64,000 nucleotides of DNA from an uncultured Candidatus Saccharibacteria bacterium (GCA_965230995.1 OZ246398.1:211768-275767); one strand, 5' to 3'; shown: positions 28,772 through 38,525, counted from the stretch's first letter. The notes: generated from the letters alone by a model not told the origin. Translations and numbers: made by a program.

Positions 28772-29506
28772 ATGGAAAGGATTCCAGAGATTGAAATTTT
28801 GTATGAAGATAAAGATTTTATCGCGATAAACAAACCAGCCGGTTTGATTGTTCACGCTGATGGAAAAACAAAAGAACCAGCTGTTACTGATTGGATAATT
28901 GCTAATTATCCGGAAATAGTTTCTGTAGGTGAGCCGATAAAAACAGAAAAAGGCCAAATAGAAAGACCGGGAATAGTGCACAGGATAGACAGAGAAACAT
29001 CTGGTGTGCTTGTGATTGCAAAAAACAAAGAAGCCTTTAATTTCTTGAAAGACAAATTTAAAAATAGAGAAGTTTCAAAAGTATACAGAGCTTTTGTTTT
29101 TGGTGTACCAAAAAACTCACGCGGAGTAATAGAAAGAGATATTCAAAGAAGCAAAAGTGACTTTAGAAAATGGACTGCGTATTCTGGAAGGGGAACACAA
29201 AGACCAGCCATAACACATTATCGTGTTCTTTCCAGCATACCGGGTATGTCATATATAGAAGCAAGACCAAAAACGGGCAGGACACATCAAATAAGAGTCC
29301 ATCTTTCCTCGATAGGACACCCAATAATCGGCGATGTTTTGTATGGTAGCAGGGTTAAAGATAACTTAGGCTTTGAGAGAACGGCTCTGCACGCAATGTC
29401 TGTAAGTTTTACTGACAGAAACGGTAGAGAAATAGAGATAAAAGCCCCTTTGCCAGACGATTTTATCAAAGCAGAACAAGTCTTTAAAAATATTGCCAAA
29501 AACTAG
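28772..29506 (+). CDS. RluA-family pseudouridine synthase
   Basis: NKPAG, HRIDRETSG, TGRTHQIRVH. Confidence 0.95.
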   Translation: MERIPEIEILYEDKDFIAINKPAGLIVHADGKTKEPAVTDWIIANYPEIVSVGEPIKTEKGQIERPGIVHRIDRETSGVLVIAKNKEAFNFLKDKFKNREVSKVYRAFVFGVPKNSRGVIERDIQRSKSDFRKWTAYSGRGTQRPAITHYRVLSSIPGMSYIEARPKTGRTHQIRVHLSSIGHPIIGDVLYGSRVKDNLGFERTALHAMSVSFTDRNGREIEIKAPLPDDFIKAEQVFKNIAKN

Positions 29507-29531
29507 GACGTGTGCTAGATTACTACCTGTT

Positions 29532-29951
29532 ATGAAAACCGCTGTAAAAATATCCCCAGTTGATATAGAAGCACGAAAAAAGCTCAACATCAGAGCGGGG
29601 GACACTGTAAAGGTGTATCAAAAAATTCAAGAAAAAGACAAAACTCGAATTCAGATATTTGAAGGTCTTGTTCTTGCTGTAAAGCACGGAAAAGAAGCCG
29701 GTGGAACATTCACTGTTCGAAAGATTGCAAGCGGAGTGGGTGTAGAAAAAATATATCCAATCTATTCTCCAAATATTGATAAGATAGAAATCACAAAGAG
29801 ATCAAAAGTTAGACAATCAAAACTCTATCACATCAGAGAAAAGGCAGCTAAAGCCATAAAGAGAGAGATGAGAAATGTTAGAGAAATAAAAGAAGAGGTT
29901 AATCCAGAAGTCAAAACAGAAACAGAAGCTAAAAAAGAAGAAACAAAATAA
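29532..29951 (+). CDS. rplS: 50S ribosomal protein L19
   Basis: GDTVKV, RIQIFEG, GVGVEK, KVRQSKLY. Confidence 0.96.
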   Translation: MKTAVKISPVDIEARKKLNIRAGDTVKVYQKIQEKDKTRIQIFEGLVLAVKHGKEAGGTFTVRKIASGVGVEKIYPIYSPNIDKIEITKRSKVRQSKLYHIREKAAKAIKREMRNVREIKEEVNPEVKTETEAKKEETK

Positions 29952-29953
29952 TC

Positions 29954-29983
29954 CAAAACGCCCGGCTTACGCCGGGCGTTTTG
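29954..29983 (+). terminator. Intrinsic terminator after rplS
   Basis: caaaacgcccggc-ttac-gccgggcgttttg. Confidence 0.85.
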
Positions 29984-30029
29984 CTTGAAAAACATTTTTT
30001 ATTTCTGTATAGTCAAAGACGTAGAAAAT

Positions 30030-30111
30030 GCCCAGGTGGTGAAATTGGTATACACGTATCCTTGAGGTGGATATGCCGTAAGGTGTGGAGGTTCAAGTCC
30101 TCTCCTGGGCA
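30030..30111 (+). tRNA. tRNA-Leu(GAG)
   Basis: GCCCAGG...CCTGGGC-A, TATCC-TT-GAG-GT-GGATA. Confidence 0.95.
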
Positions 30112-30271
30112 CAAACGAATGAAATGAGTATGGGCACAGGAGGTCCAGCTCTTTTGTCTTAAAAGAGCGTTGGACGGATTTGAAGCTGTTGTGAGATAGA
30201 TTGCGAGGAACGAAGCAATATATCCACAACGGGTACTGAACATGTAATGTTCAAGTCCTCTCCTGGGCACA
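30112..30271. repeat. tRNA-anchored palindromic element at tRNA-Leu
   Basis: Degenerate antisense copy, 22-nt motif identical to the Val element (30231-30252), 23-nt direct copy 30249-30271. Confidence 0.85.
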
Positions 30272-30359
30272 GACGAAAGATATACTTAATAATAAGTGTC
30301 ATTTGCTATTTATGGTTTTTTTGTGTTATAAATAGCTAGTTCTGCAAATGCAGACGTAT

Positions 30360-30432
30360 GGTGCCTATAGTGTAATGGTTAGCACAAGAGTTTGTGGAAC
30401 TCTTAGTTCGGGTTCAAATCCCGATAGGCACC
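30360..30432 (+). tRNA. tRNA-His(GTG)
   Basis: G-1, GTGCCTA...TAGGCAC-C, anticodon loop TT-GTG-GA. Confidence 0.95.
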
Positions 30433-31761
30433 CAAGATGAAATGGAACTGTATAAAACATATATAGTTAAAAGAAAGAATTACCCTTTGTATTCCTTATA
30501 ATATTTTAATGTGCTGGATTAAATGATATTATTTGTTATATGGAAAATCTAAATCAAACACAAAGTCATGTTGGTACTACTAGATTAATAAGTAGGACAC
30601 AACTGATAAGTACTATTACTTTTTTTTCAATTTCTGTTTTGTTAGGAATAATAGTTTATATAAAAGAACCTCGTGCTCTCGATTTGCTCGGATTTTATGC
30701 TTTCGGTCTTTTTATCCACGCTGTTGCCTTTTTTCTTTCGGTTTATCTAAGGCCAAAAATCAATTCAACAAGATATTTATTGGGCCATGTTTTTGCATAT
30801 TTATCGCTGTTGTTTGCGATTCTGAATGCGTTGATTATTTTAAGTGATGATGAGTATGCCGGTTTTGCATTCATTTTGACATTGCCCGCACTTGGCATTG
30901 CTGTATTCATATCAATCATGTTTTTATTAATTGGTATGATTGGTAGAAAAACAAATAGTGACCAATTCGTTTCGACCAGCGGTGATCTAGATAATCCTAA
31001 TCAGACAGGAATTAAGACAAAAATAGGCATTATAATTAAAAAAATTTTTATCTCAATTGGTGCTATTGTAATTGCAATATTAATTTCTATCCCTTCAGCC
31101 GTTTTTGTCGGCATGCTTTTGGATGGCAGATCAGTGCGTGAGGCTTTAAATATTAGCTTAGGCGTCTATGGTTTTAACGTAAAATTTCCATTTATATGGA
31201 CAGATCGTATGATTGAGCATGATAACGTTAAAATTGAATTTAAAACTCCCGGTGGTAGTAGGGACTATTATTCTCCGAGCGGTGGTAATTATGATAAGTA
31301 CGGTTGGTATAAGATATACATATATAGCGATGGATTTGGCGGAGATGATTTTAATTTTGATCTAAATATTGGCGATGATGATAGGTACATAAAAACTTGC
31401 AAAATATGTTATGAGGGTTATGTATCAGGGGATAAGGTAATATACACCAAAACAAAAGATAGTTATTCTGATGATGATTACTCTTATTATAATAAATACA
31501 ATTTTCTTTTAAGTTTTAGATATAACGAAAAAAACTATCATCTTTCTTTTAGATATTCTGATATTAATTCTAGATACAAAGAAACTTTTTACTCAGAAGA
31601 AGAAATGACAGATATATTTGAAAGAGTTATGGATTCTATAAAAATTAGTTCATAGGCCAGATTATATTTTGTCGGCTAAAAATGTATTTGTTTGAGGTTT
31701 AATTTCGGACACCGAGTTTGTGGAACTCTTAGTTCGGGTTCAAATCCCGATAGGCACCCAA
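30388..31761. mobile_element. One-gene islet bounded by 48-bp tRNA-His direct repeats (attL/attR-like)
   Basis: 30388-30435 identical to 31714-31761. Confidence 0.8.
30540..31655 (+). CDS. Multi-TM hypothetical protein with Tyr-rich C-terminal domain (islet cargo)
   Basis: About five hydrophobic segments, then a soluble domain. Confidence 0.7.
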   Translation: MENLNQTQSHVGTTRLISRTQLISTITFFSISVLLGIIVYIKEPRALDLLGFYAFGLFIHAVAFFLSVYLRPKINSTRYLLGHVFAYLSLLFAILNALIILSDDEYAGFAFILTLPALGIAVFISIMFLLIGMIGRKTNSDQFVSTSGDLDNPNQTGIKTKIGIIIKKIFISIGAIVIAILISIPSAVFVGMLLDGRSVREALNISLGVYGFNVKFPFIWTDRMIEHDNVKIEFKTPGGSRDYYSPSGGNYDKYGWYKIYIYSDGFGGDDFNFDLNIGDDDRYIKTCKICYEGYVSGDKVIYTKTKDSYSDDDYSYYNKYNFLLSFRYNEKNYHLSFRYSDINSRYKETFYSEEEMTDIFERVMDSIKISS

Positions 31762-31782
31762 AAACAATGAGGACAAAACAAG

Positions 31783-32046
31783 ATGATGGCCAAGGACAAT
31801 AGACCCTTCAAAGAAAAAGTTTTTGAAATTGTTTCAAAAATAAAAAGAGGGGAGACGATGACTTACAAACAAGTTGCAATTTTGGCTGGCAGACCAAAAG
31901 CCTTTAGAGCTGTTGGAAATATTCTAAATAAAAATTACGATCCAAAAATTCCTTGTCATCGGGTAATCCGAAGCGACGGAAAGACAGGGGGATATAACAG
32001 GGGAGCTAGTCAAAAAGCTAAAATACTTGTATCTGAAAAACTTTGA
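31783..32046 (+). CDS. O6-alkylguanine alkyltransferase (MGMT/Ogt C-terminal domain only)
   Basis: TYKQVA, RAVG, IPCHRVIRSDG. Confidence 0.88.
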   Translation: MMAKDNRPFKEKVFEIVSKIKRGETMTYKQVAILAGRPKAFRAVGNILNKNYDPKIPCHRVIRSDGKTGGYNRGASQKAKILVSEKL

Positions 32047-32118
32047 CAAAGTGCTAATTTTATGTGAATATAAAGACGGAAATGAACGTTCAATTTCGTA
32101 ACTTCTCTGGAGGTTTGT

Positions 32119-34248
32119 ATGGGTCTTCCACGCGAACGGCATGTGGATGGGCTGAGAGCGGTCGCCGTAATAGACGTCATTCTCGCTCATCTGAAGCTCC
32201 TTCTCGGAGCTTTCATCGGTGTCGATGTGTTTTTTGTCATCTCAGGGTATGTCATCACCAAAATTGGGAGACATACCATTGGGAAGAAAGACGAGCACGG
32301 CAGGGATATGTTTACAATTCCTGGTTTCTACAACCGGCGTGTAAAGAGAATCCTTCCTGCTGCGTTGGTGTGTCTAGCTGTAACCGTAATCGCTGGGTAC
32401 TTCTTCATCGGGCCAAGCGATTACAAAGAGACAGGAGAAGGAGCACTTGCGGCTACCTTGATGGCTGGAAACATCCATGAGGGACAGCTACCGATTGGGT
32501 ACTTTGACCACGACTTTCAGGCGAGACCAGTCAACCACTTTTGGAGTCTGGGTGGGGAAGAACAGTTTTACCTGATCTTTCCAATGGCCCTTATGCTCCT
32601 CTTGAGGTTTTGTCCAAAGAAAGCACCTGTGGTCCTTGTACTGATTGGACTGGGTCTTCTGTGCTGGAGCGGGTACTCGGTACTTGCATTCAAGGTGTGG
32701 AGGTTCTATTGCCCTGCAAACAGGGCATGGGAACTGATTGCTGGTGCGTTGCTAGCTTTCCCGCCGATTGGTGTCAAAACCAAGATGGGGGGAAAGATAG
32801 TGATTGTTTTGGTGGGGGTGTCTCTCGTTCTGACTGTCGGCGGAGTCCTGCAGGGTATGTTCCTGTTCGTAATTTCCGCCGTGCTTATGCTCGGGACTGG
32901 TGCTTTAGTCTTGTATCGTCCGGAGAATCCGACACGGTGGCAAGGCGAGGTACTTAGCCTGATTGGTATGGCACTCATCGTGACCGGTTGTGTCGTCTTC
33001 GATCGAGAAACTCTGTTTCCAGGCTTTCTGGCTCTCGTGCCAGTACTGGGAGCAATGCTCGTAATTGTGGGCGCTTCAAACAAGGAGGTACTCCTGAATC
33101 GCCTGCTATTGGCTAAACCAGTATTGTACATCGGGGCAATATCGTTCTCGGTCTACCTCTGGCACTGGCCGATAATCGTCTACACCGACTTCTACTCGCC
33201 GATACCTCTCGGTCTGTGGCACAAGTTGGTGTTGATAGCGGTCACTCTTGCGGTCGCTAGTGTGAGCTACCACTTCATAGAGAAACCGTTCCAGGAAAGC
33301 AAGGCAAAGAAAGAGTCTGTGTTCTTCGCAGGCCTTATTGCTGTGCTAACTGTGTACGCCGTAGCTCTTTTGGTGGTAGACAAGAACGGTTGGCCGGAAA
33401 GATTCGGGAAGCTGGCAACGCCAGTTGTGCTGAATACTTCCGGTATCGAAATCAACGACAGCCTCGGCAAAGACGGGACATGGCTGAAACAAAAAGGCCT
33501 GCCTGTCATCGGGGACGTCAAAACAACCCCAACATTCCTTCTTGCTGGAGATTCACACGTCAACGCGTTTGTGGAGATCTTCGACAAGTTGGGAAAGGAG
33601 AAAGAAGTTTCCGGATTTGTGTCGTTTAGGTCGGGCAGTTTACCGGTTCCCGGTATATGGACCACCCGAGAGAACGACACGCCGGAAAGCTTTATGGGCT
33701 ACAACCGAGCACTCGAGCAATTCGTGCACGAGAGAAATCTCAAGCATGTATTTCTCGTTGGCAGGTGGAGCAATGCCGTAGTTGGCGATATGCTCGTATC
33801 CGAAGACCCAACGAGGAAAGAGGTAGAAAAAGAGCTGTCTGCAAGGACGCTCGAAAAAAACCTCTTTGCTCTGGTTGCGAGGCTCAAGGCTTCGGGTGTG
33901 GATGTTGTGATCGTACAACAGCTACCAGAACACCCGTTCCACGCCTACAAGAAACTGGTAGCGAGAAGGGGTCGCTTGAAAGGTGTGAGCCGAGAAGCCT
34001 ACCTTTCAAAGCAGGGGACAACGATTGATATGATCCTTCGCTCCGGCGCAAGGACTGTCGATCTATCCTCGCTCCTCTTTGAGGGGGACTGTGTGAGACT
34101 CATTGATCCCAAAGGCTATCCGATATGGTGGGACTATGACCACATCGGTGGTAGAGAGATCACGAGAATTGCTGGTCCTACGTTCGAGACGTTCTTTAAA
34201 GAAATCGCAAACCAAAAAGGAGACTTTGCGATGAACAAAAGGGAGTGA
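32119..34248 (+). CDS. Acyltransferase-3 plus SGNH O-acetyltransferase (OafA-like), GC-rich
   Basis: DGLRAVAV, GVDVFFVISG, HFWSLGGEEQFY, GDSH, DxxH. Confidence 0.9.
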   Translation: MGLPRERHVDGLRAVAVIDVILAHLKLLLGAFIGVDVFFVISGYVITKIGRHTIGKKDEHGRDMFTIPGFYNRRVKRILPAALVCLAVTVIAGYFFIGPSDYKETGEGALAATLMAGNIHEGQLPIGYFDHDFQARPVNHFWSLGGEEQFYLIFPMALMLLLRFCPKKAPVVLVLIGLGLLCWSGYSVLAFKVWRFYCPANRAWELIAGALLAFPPIGVKTKMGGKIVIVLVGVSLVLTVGGVLQGMFLFVISAVLMLGTGALVLYRPENPTRWQGEVLSLIGMALIVTGCVVFDRETLFPGFLALVPVLGAMLVIVGASNKEVLLNRLLLAKPVLYIGAISFSVYLWHWPIIVYTDFYSPIPLGLWHKLVLIAVTLAVASVSYHFIEKPFQESKAKKESVFFAGLIAVLTVYAVALLVVDKNGWPERFGKLATPVVLNTSGIEINDSLGKDGTWLKQKGLPVIGDVKTTPTFLLAGDSHVNAFVEIFDKLGKEKEVSGFVSFRSGSLPVPGIWTTRENDTPESFMGYNRALEQFVHERNLKHVFLVGRWSNAVVGDMLVSEDPTRKEVEKELSARTLEKNLFALVARLKASGVDVVIVQQLPEHPFHAYKKLVARRGRLKGVSREAYLSKQGTTIDMILRSGARTVDLSSLLFEGDCVRLIDPKGYPIWWDYDHIGGREITRIAGPTFETFFKEIANQKGDFAMNKRE

Positions 34249-34313
34249 GAGACTCCTTAAGTCTCTCGAGGCGCGGTGGCCCAACGGTACCGCGCTTTTT
34301 CTTTGTCAAAATA

Positions 34314-34342
34314 TTGACATACCCCCGTAGGGTATATATAAT
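34314..34342 (+). promoter_or_regulatory. Promoter with CsoR-type operator
   Basis: TTGACA-17-TATAAT with ATACCCCCGTAGGGTAT in the spacer. Confidence 0.85.
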
Positions 34343-34348
34343 TAGGGG

Positions 34349-34621
34349 ATGAAAAAACAAGCTGATGAAAAAGCAAAGATTGTTCGCAGACTTTCTATAA
34401 TAGAAGGGCAGGTGAGAGGTCTCAAAGAAATGATTGAAAACGGCACATATTGTATTGATGTTATTACTCAAACATCAGCAGTAAAGCAAGCACTGTCAAA
34501 TGTTGAAGATATGCTTCTGGAACAACATCTCGGTTCTTGTGTCTTGGGACAGGTAAAAGACGGCAAAGTAGGCAAGGCGACAGAAGAAATCCTCAAGGTC
34601 TATAAATTAAAGAGAAAGTAG
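34349..34621 (+). CDS. csoR: Copper-sensing repressor CsoR
   Basis: RLSIIEGQVRG, YC, H-x3-C. Confidence 0.92.
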   Translation: MKKQADEKAKIVRRLSIIEGQVRGLKEMIENGTYCIDVITQTSAVKQALSNVEDMLLEQHLGSCVLGQVKDGKVGKATEEILKVYKLKRK

Positions 34622-34632
34622 TTTTTTGTTTC

Positions 34633-34662
34633 TTGACCTATACCCCCTAGGGGGTATAGAAT
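34633..34662 (+). promoter_or_regulatory. Promoter with perfect 22-bp CsoR-type operator
   Basis: TTGACC...CTATACCCCCTAGGGGGTATAG...TAGAAT. Confidence 0.85.
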
Positions 34663-34668
34663 GGGGAT

Positions 34669-36987
34669 ATGGAAAAAACAAAAGCAAAAAACATTTATCC
34701 AATTGTCGGTATGCATTGCGCCTCTTGCGCCGGCATTATCGAAGAAACTTTAAAAGAGGAAAAAGGGGTGAGCGGTGTTTCGGTAAACTTTGGCACTGAA
34801 AAAGCTGTTATTGTTTTTGATGAAAAACAAACAAATATAAAAACTCTTTCAAAGAGTATAGAAAAATTAGGCTATACAATTACTGACACAAAAGAAAATC
34901 TTTCTGCATCGGAAATGGGAATGAGTGAAGAACTCCATAGGGAACACAGCGGTATCGGACAATCAAAAGAACAAAAACTCGAAGAACTTTCTTCTATGAA
35001 AAAGATGCTTTTTTCTGCTATACCAATTGCAATATTTAGTGTCATTGTAATGGTTTGGGAAATATCATCAGAGTATGGTTTCTTACCAAAAATGAATGAA
35101 GTAACAGATGAATTTGTTCATCACCTTTTGCCTATGTTTGCTACATACATGCTTCTTGTGGTTGGTAAACCTTATCTTTTGGGGTTGTTTAGATTCATAA
35201 AATACGGCAAGGCAAATATGGATACTTTGATTGGGCTCGGCACTAGCGTTGCTTTTATTTACAGCTTTGCGATTTCGGCCTTTGGTACTTTGCTTGCGCC
35301 ATATATCAATGTTGAATATCAATACTACGACGTCACCGTCGTTGTTATTGCTTTTATTACTCTTGGAAAATATTTGGAAGCAAGATCAAAAATCAAAACA
35401 GGTGACGCAATAGAAAAATTATTAGGTCTACAAGTAAAAACTGCAATTGTCATTCGCGATGGAAAAGAAACAGAATTACCAGTCAGTGAAGTCGTGCATG
35501 GTGACAGTGTAATCATCAAACCAGGAGGAAAGATTCCCGTTGACGGAATCGTGCTTTCCGGGAATTCTTTTGTGGATGAATCAATGATTACGGGCGAACC
35601 AATGCCAGTCTCAAAAAAGCAAGGCGACAATGTGACTGCCGGAACTCTAAACACAAACGGCACTTTCACTTTTAAAGCAACGAAAATAGGGGAAGAAACA
35701 TTGCTTGCGGAAATAATCAGAATGGTAGAGGAAGCACAAGGAAGCAAAGCTCCAATTCAAGCCTTGGCCGACAAAATATCAAGTATTTTTGTGCCAATAG
35801 TTTTGGCAATCGCTGTTGTTGCTCTGGGTTCGTGGCTAATTATCGGTTCACAATATCTGGGTTTTTCACAAGCGCTTTCTTTTGGGCTAGTTTCTTTTGT
35901 CGGTGTTTTGGTTATTGCTTGTCCTTGTGCACTAGGACTTGCAACACCCACAGCAATTATTGTCGGTGTAGGCAAGGGCGCTCGCGAAGGAATTTTAATC
36001 AAGGACGCTGGGACTTTGGAGACTTTGCACAAAGTTAATACTGTAGTGGTTGATAAAACAGGGACAATAACTGAAGGTAAACCAACATTGTCTGATGTTA
36101 AAAATTATTCCGAAAAAAGCGATGAGGAATTTATCTCTCTGCTTGCATCTCTTGAAAATAATTCAGAACACCCCATTGCTCGCGCGATAACCTCTACTGT
36201 AAACGAGAGGAAGGGAATTGCTTTGAGTGAGGTCGCAGATTTCAAAGCAATTGAAGGTAAGGGAATACAGGGTTTTATAAAAAATGAAATGTATTATGCC
36301 GGTAGTCCAAAATTTATTTTAGAGCTCGGGTTATCTATTAATGAACAAGAAATAAACATATTTACAAAGCAAGGCAAAACGCCAGCGTTGCTTGCAACAA
36401 AAAACAAAGTATTAGGACTTGTGACGGTTTCCGATAAAATAAAAGACGCTTCAAAGCAAGCTGTCTCTGATTTGCACAAACTCGGTATAAAAGTCGTGAT
36501 GCTCACCGGTGACAATGAAAAAACCGCGCGATACATAGCAGAGCAAGTCGGTATAGATAATGTAATTGCAAATGTTATGCCGACAGAAAAACTTTTTCAT
36601 ATAGAAAAATTACAATCAGATGGCAGTGTTGTGGCTATGGCAGGGGATGGAGTAAACGACGCACCAGCACTAGCAAAAGCAGATGTCGGTATCGCAATGG
36701 GAACGGGGACAGATGTTGCAATAGAATCAGCAGGTATTACTTTACTTGCTGGTGATATTTCAAAATTAGTTAAAGCCGTGAGACTCTCAAAGATGACAAT
36801 GCGAGGAATAAAACAAAATTTATTCTGGGCTTTTGCGTATAACGTAATAGGAATACCTCTTGCAACAGGAATCTTTTATCCGATATTTGGCTGGGTGCTC
36901 AGCCCTGTATTCGCAGGTTTTGCAATGGCACTTTCAAGTGTGTCAGTAGTCGGCAATTCGTTAAGAATAAAAGGGAAGAGATTATAA
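34669..36987 (+). CDS. copA: Cu(I)-exporting P1B ATPase
   Basis: GMHCASC, CPC, DKTGT, SEHP, GDGVND, YN and MxxSS. Confidence 0.96.
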   Translation: MEKTKAKNIYPIVGMHCASCAGIIEETLKEEKGVSGVSVNFGTEKAVIVFDEKQTNIKTLSKSIEKLGYTITDTKENLSASEMGMSEELHREHSGIGQSKEQKLEELSSMKKMLFSAIPIAIFSVIVMVWEISSEYGFLPKMNEVTDEFVHHLLPMFATYMLLVVGKPYLLGLFRFIKYGKANMDTLIGLGTSVAFIYSFAISAFGTLLAPYINVEYQYYDVTVVVIAFITLGKYLEARSKIKTGDAIEKLLGLQVKTAIVIRDGKETELPVSEVVHGDSVIIKPGGKIPVDGIVLSGNSFVDESMITGEPMPVSKKQGDNVTAGTLNTNGTFTFKATKIGEETLLAEIIRMVEEAQGSKAPIQALADKISSIFVPIVLAIAVVALGSWLIIGSQYLGFSQALSFGLVSFVGVLVIACPCALGLATPTAIIVGVGKGAREGILIKDAGTLETLHKVNTVVVDKTGTITEGKPTLSDVKNYSEKSDEEFISLLASLENNSEHPIARAITSTVNERKGIALSEVADFKAIEGKGIQGFIKNEMYYAGSPKFILELGLSINEQEINIFTKQGKTPALLATKNKVLGLVTVSDKIKDASKQAVSDLHKLGIKVVMLTGDNEKTARYIAEQVGIDNVIANVMPTEKLFHIEKLQSDGSVVAMAGDGVNDAPALAKADVGIAMGTGTDVAIESAGITLLAGDISKLVKAVRLSKMTMRGIKQNLFWAFAYNVIGIPLATGIFYPIFGWVLSPVFAGFAMALSSVSVVGNSLRIKGKRL

Positions 36988-36989
36988 TT

Positions 36990-37019
36990 TTGACTTGATA
37001 CCCCACGGGGGTATAGAAT
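36990..37019 (+). promoter_or_regulatory. Third promoter with CsoR-type operator
   Basis: TTGACT...ATACCCCACGGGGGTAT...TAGAAT. Confidence 0.8.
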
Positions 37020-38075
37020 ATGAATATGACACAAAAAGTAGAGAATAGTGGTAACCAAACAAAAAAATATCTTTTTCACGTAGAAGGAATGCATTGTAAA
37101 TCTTGCGTCCTTCTCACAGAATCAAAAGTTGGTAGTCAAAGTGGTGTAAGGGAAGTGCGCGCCAATCTCCACAAGCAAACAATAGAAATAATGGGTGATT
37201 TTGGAGAAAAGACAGATTTAGAAATTGCTAATTATCTTTCACAAAGCATAGAGCCAAACGGCTACAAAATTGTTCTAGAAAAAACAGAGGGACAAAAAAA
37301 GAACAATGAATTTATTATTGCAGTACCAATTGCGGTTGCTTTTATTGGACTATTTATCGCTCTTCAGAAAATGGGGATTGTTAATCTTGTGGATGCAAGT
37401 TCAGTTTCTTTTGGTACTGCTTTTGTAATAGGAATTGTTGCTTCACTTTCTACTTGCATGGCTGTCGTTGGCGGTCTTGTTTTGTCTATGTCGGCAGTGT
37501 TTGCAAAGGAGGGAAGTAAGGCCCGCCCACATATTTATTTTCATCTATCTAGGCTGGTCACTTTCTTTTTGCTTGGTGGCGTGATCGGTCTTGTTGGTAA
37601 ATCATTTGCCCTTAATACGGTTTCTACTTTTGTCCTTGGTTTGGCTGTGGGATTGGTTATACTTGTTATGGGTCTCAACTTGCTCGACCTTAAATTTGCA
37701 AAAAGATTTTCCGTCAGTATGCCAAAGAGATTAGGAAAGATTACACACGGTATGACAACCATAAACCATTCTGCTGTGCTAATGATTGCTGGACTTGCGA
37801 CTTTCTTTTTGCCTTGCGGGTTTACACAGTCAATGCAAATCTATACTCTTTCTGTTGGTGGTTTTATCCCCGGCGCTTTGACTATGTTTGCTTTTGCTCT
37901 TGGTACATTGCCAGTTTTGGCTCTGATAAGTTTTGGATCATTTGAGGTGAGAAAATTATCTTGGCGAGGAATATTTTTCAAGACTGCTGGCATAATAGTT
38001 ATCGCTTTCGCATTGTTCAATATTATAAACAGTGCTGTTGTAATCGGCATCATCCCGCCAATATTTAATTTTTAA
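37020..38075 (+). CDS. HMA domain plus DsbD_2/TauE-like membrane protein
   Basis: GMHCKSC, STCMAVVGG, LPCGF; true start may be ATG 37026. Confidence 0.85.
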   Translation: MNMTQKVENSGNQTKKYLFHVEGMHCKSCVLLTESKVGSQSGVREVRANLHKQTIEIMGDFGEKTDLEIANYLSQSIEPNGYKIVLEKTEGQKKNNEFIIAVPIAVAFIGLFIALQKMGIVNLVDASSVSFGTAFVIGIVASLSTCMAVVGGLVLSMSAVFAKEGSKARPHIYFHLSRLVTFFLLGGVIGLVGKSFALNTVSTFVLGLAVGLVILVMGLNLLDLKFAKRFSVSMPKRLGKITHGMTTINHSAVLMIAGLATFFLPCGFTQSMQIYTLSVGGFIPGALTMFAFALGTLPVLALISFGSFEVRKLSWRGIFFKTAGIIVIAFALFNIINSAVVIGIIPPIFNF

Positions 38076-38078
38076 AAT

Positions 38079-38462
38079 ATGAAATTAACAATCATAGCAA
38101 TTGTGTCTTCTGTTGTTCTTGTTGTTTTTTCGATTTTAGTTTCTTCTCCTTCTGTAAGAGAAAATGAACAGAGCATAAACAATGTTTCTGTTGTAGATGG
38201 GGTGCAGGTTGTTTTAATAAAAGCAAAAGGTGGATATTTTCCTAAAAGAAGCATAGCGAAAGCAGGTACTCCGACGATTATTAAATTCGATACAAAGGGA
38301 ACGTTCGATTGTTCCAGTTCTGTCCGTATTCCAAGTATGGATATAAGCAGGGTCTTACCATCTACTGGCAAAACAGAAATTAACATTGGAAGCCAAGAAA
38401 AAGGAATTTTGCGTGGTTCTTGTGGTATGGGTATGTATCCATTTGAAATTGTTTTTGAATAG
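38079..38462 (+). CDS. Cupredoxin-like protein
   Basis: GYFP, AGTP, C...SCGMGM. Confidence 0.8.
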   Translation: MKLTIIAIVSSVVLVVFSILVSSPSVRENEQSINNVSVVDGVQVVLIKAKGGYFPKRSIAKAGTPTIIKFDTKGTFDCSSSVRIPSMDISRVLPSTGKTEINIGSQEKGILRGSCGMGMYPFEIVFE

Positions 38463-38474
38463 GGGATAGCTGTA

Positions 38475-38504
38475 TTGACTGGTGAACGTTCGTTCACTTA
38501 TAAT
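38475..38504 (+). promoter_or_regulatory. Promoter containing an SOS-box-like palindrome
   Basis: TTGACT, GTGAAC-GTTC-GTTCAC (38482-38497), TATAAT. Confidence 0.75.
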
Positions 38505-38525
38505 AAAGGCATAAGAAATGTCTTT

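Noticed and set aside
27020-31761. tRNA 3' copies as extra, split or intron-containing tRNA genes
   Set aside because: The upstream tRNAs are complete and the copies lack 5' halves.
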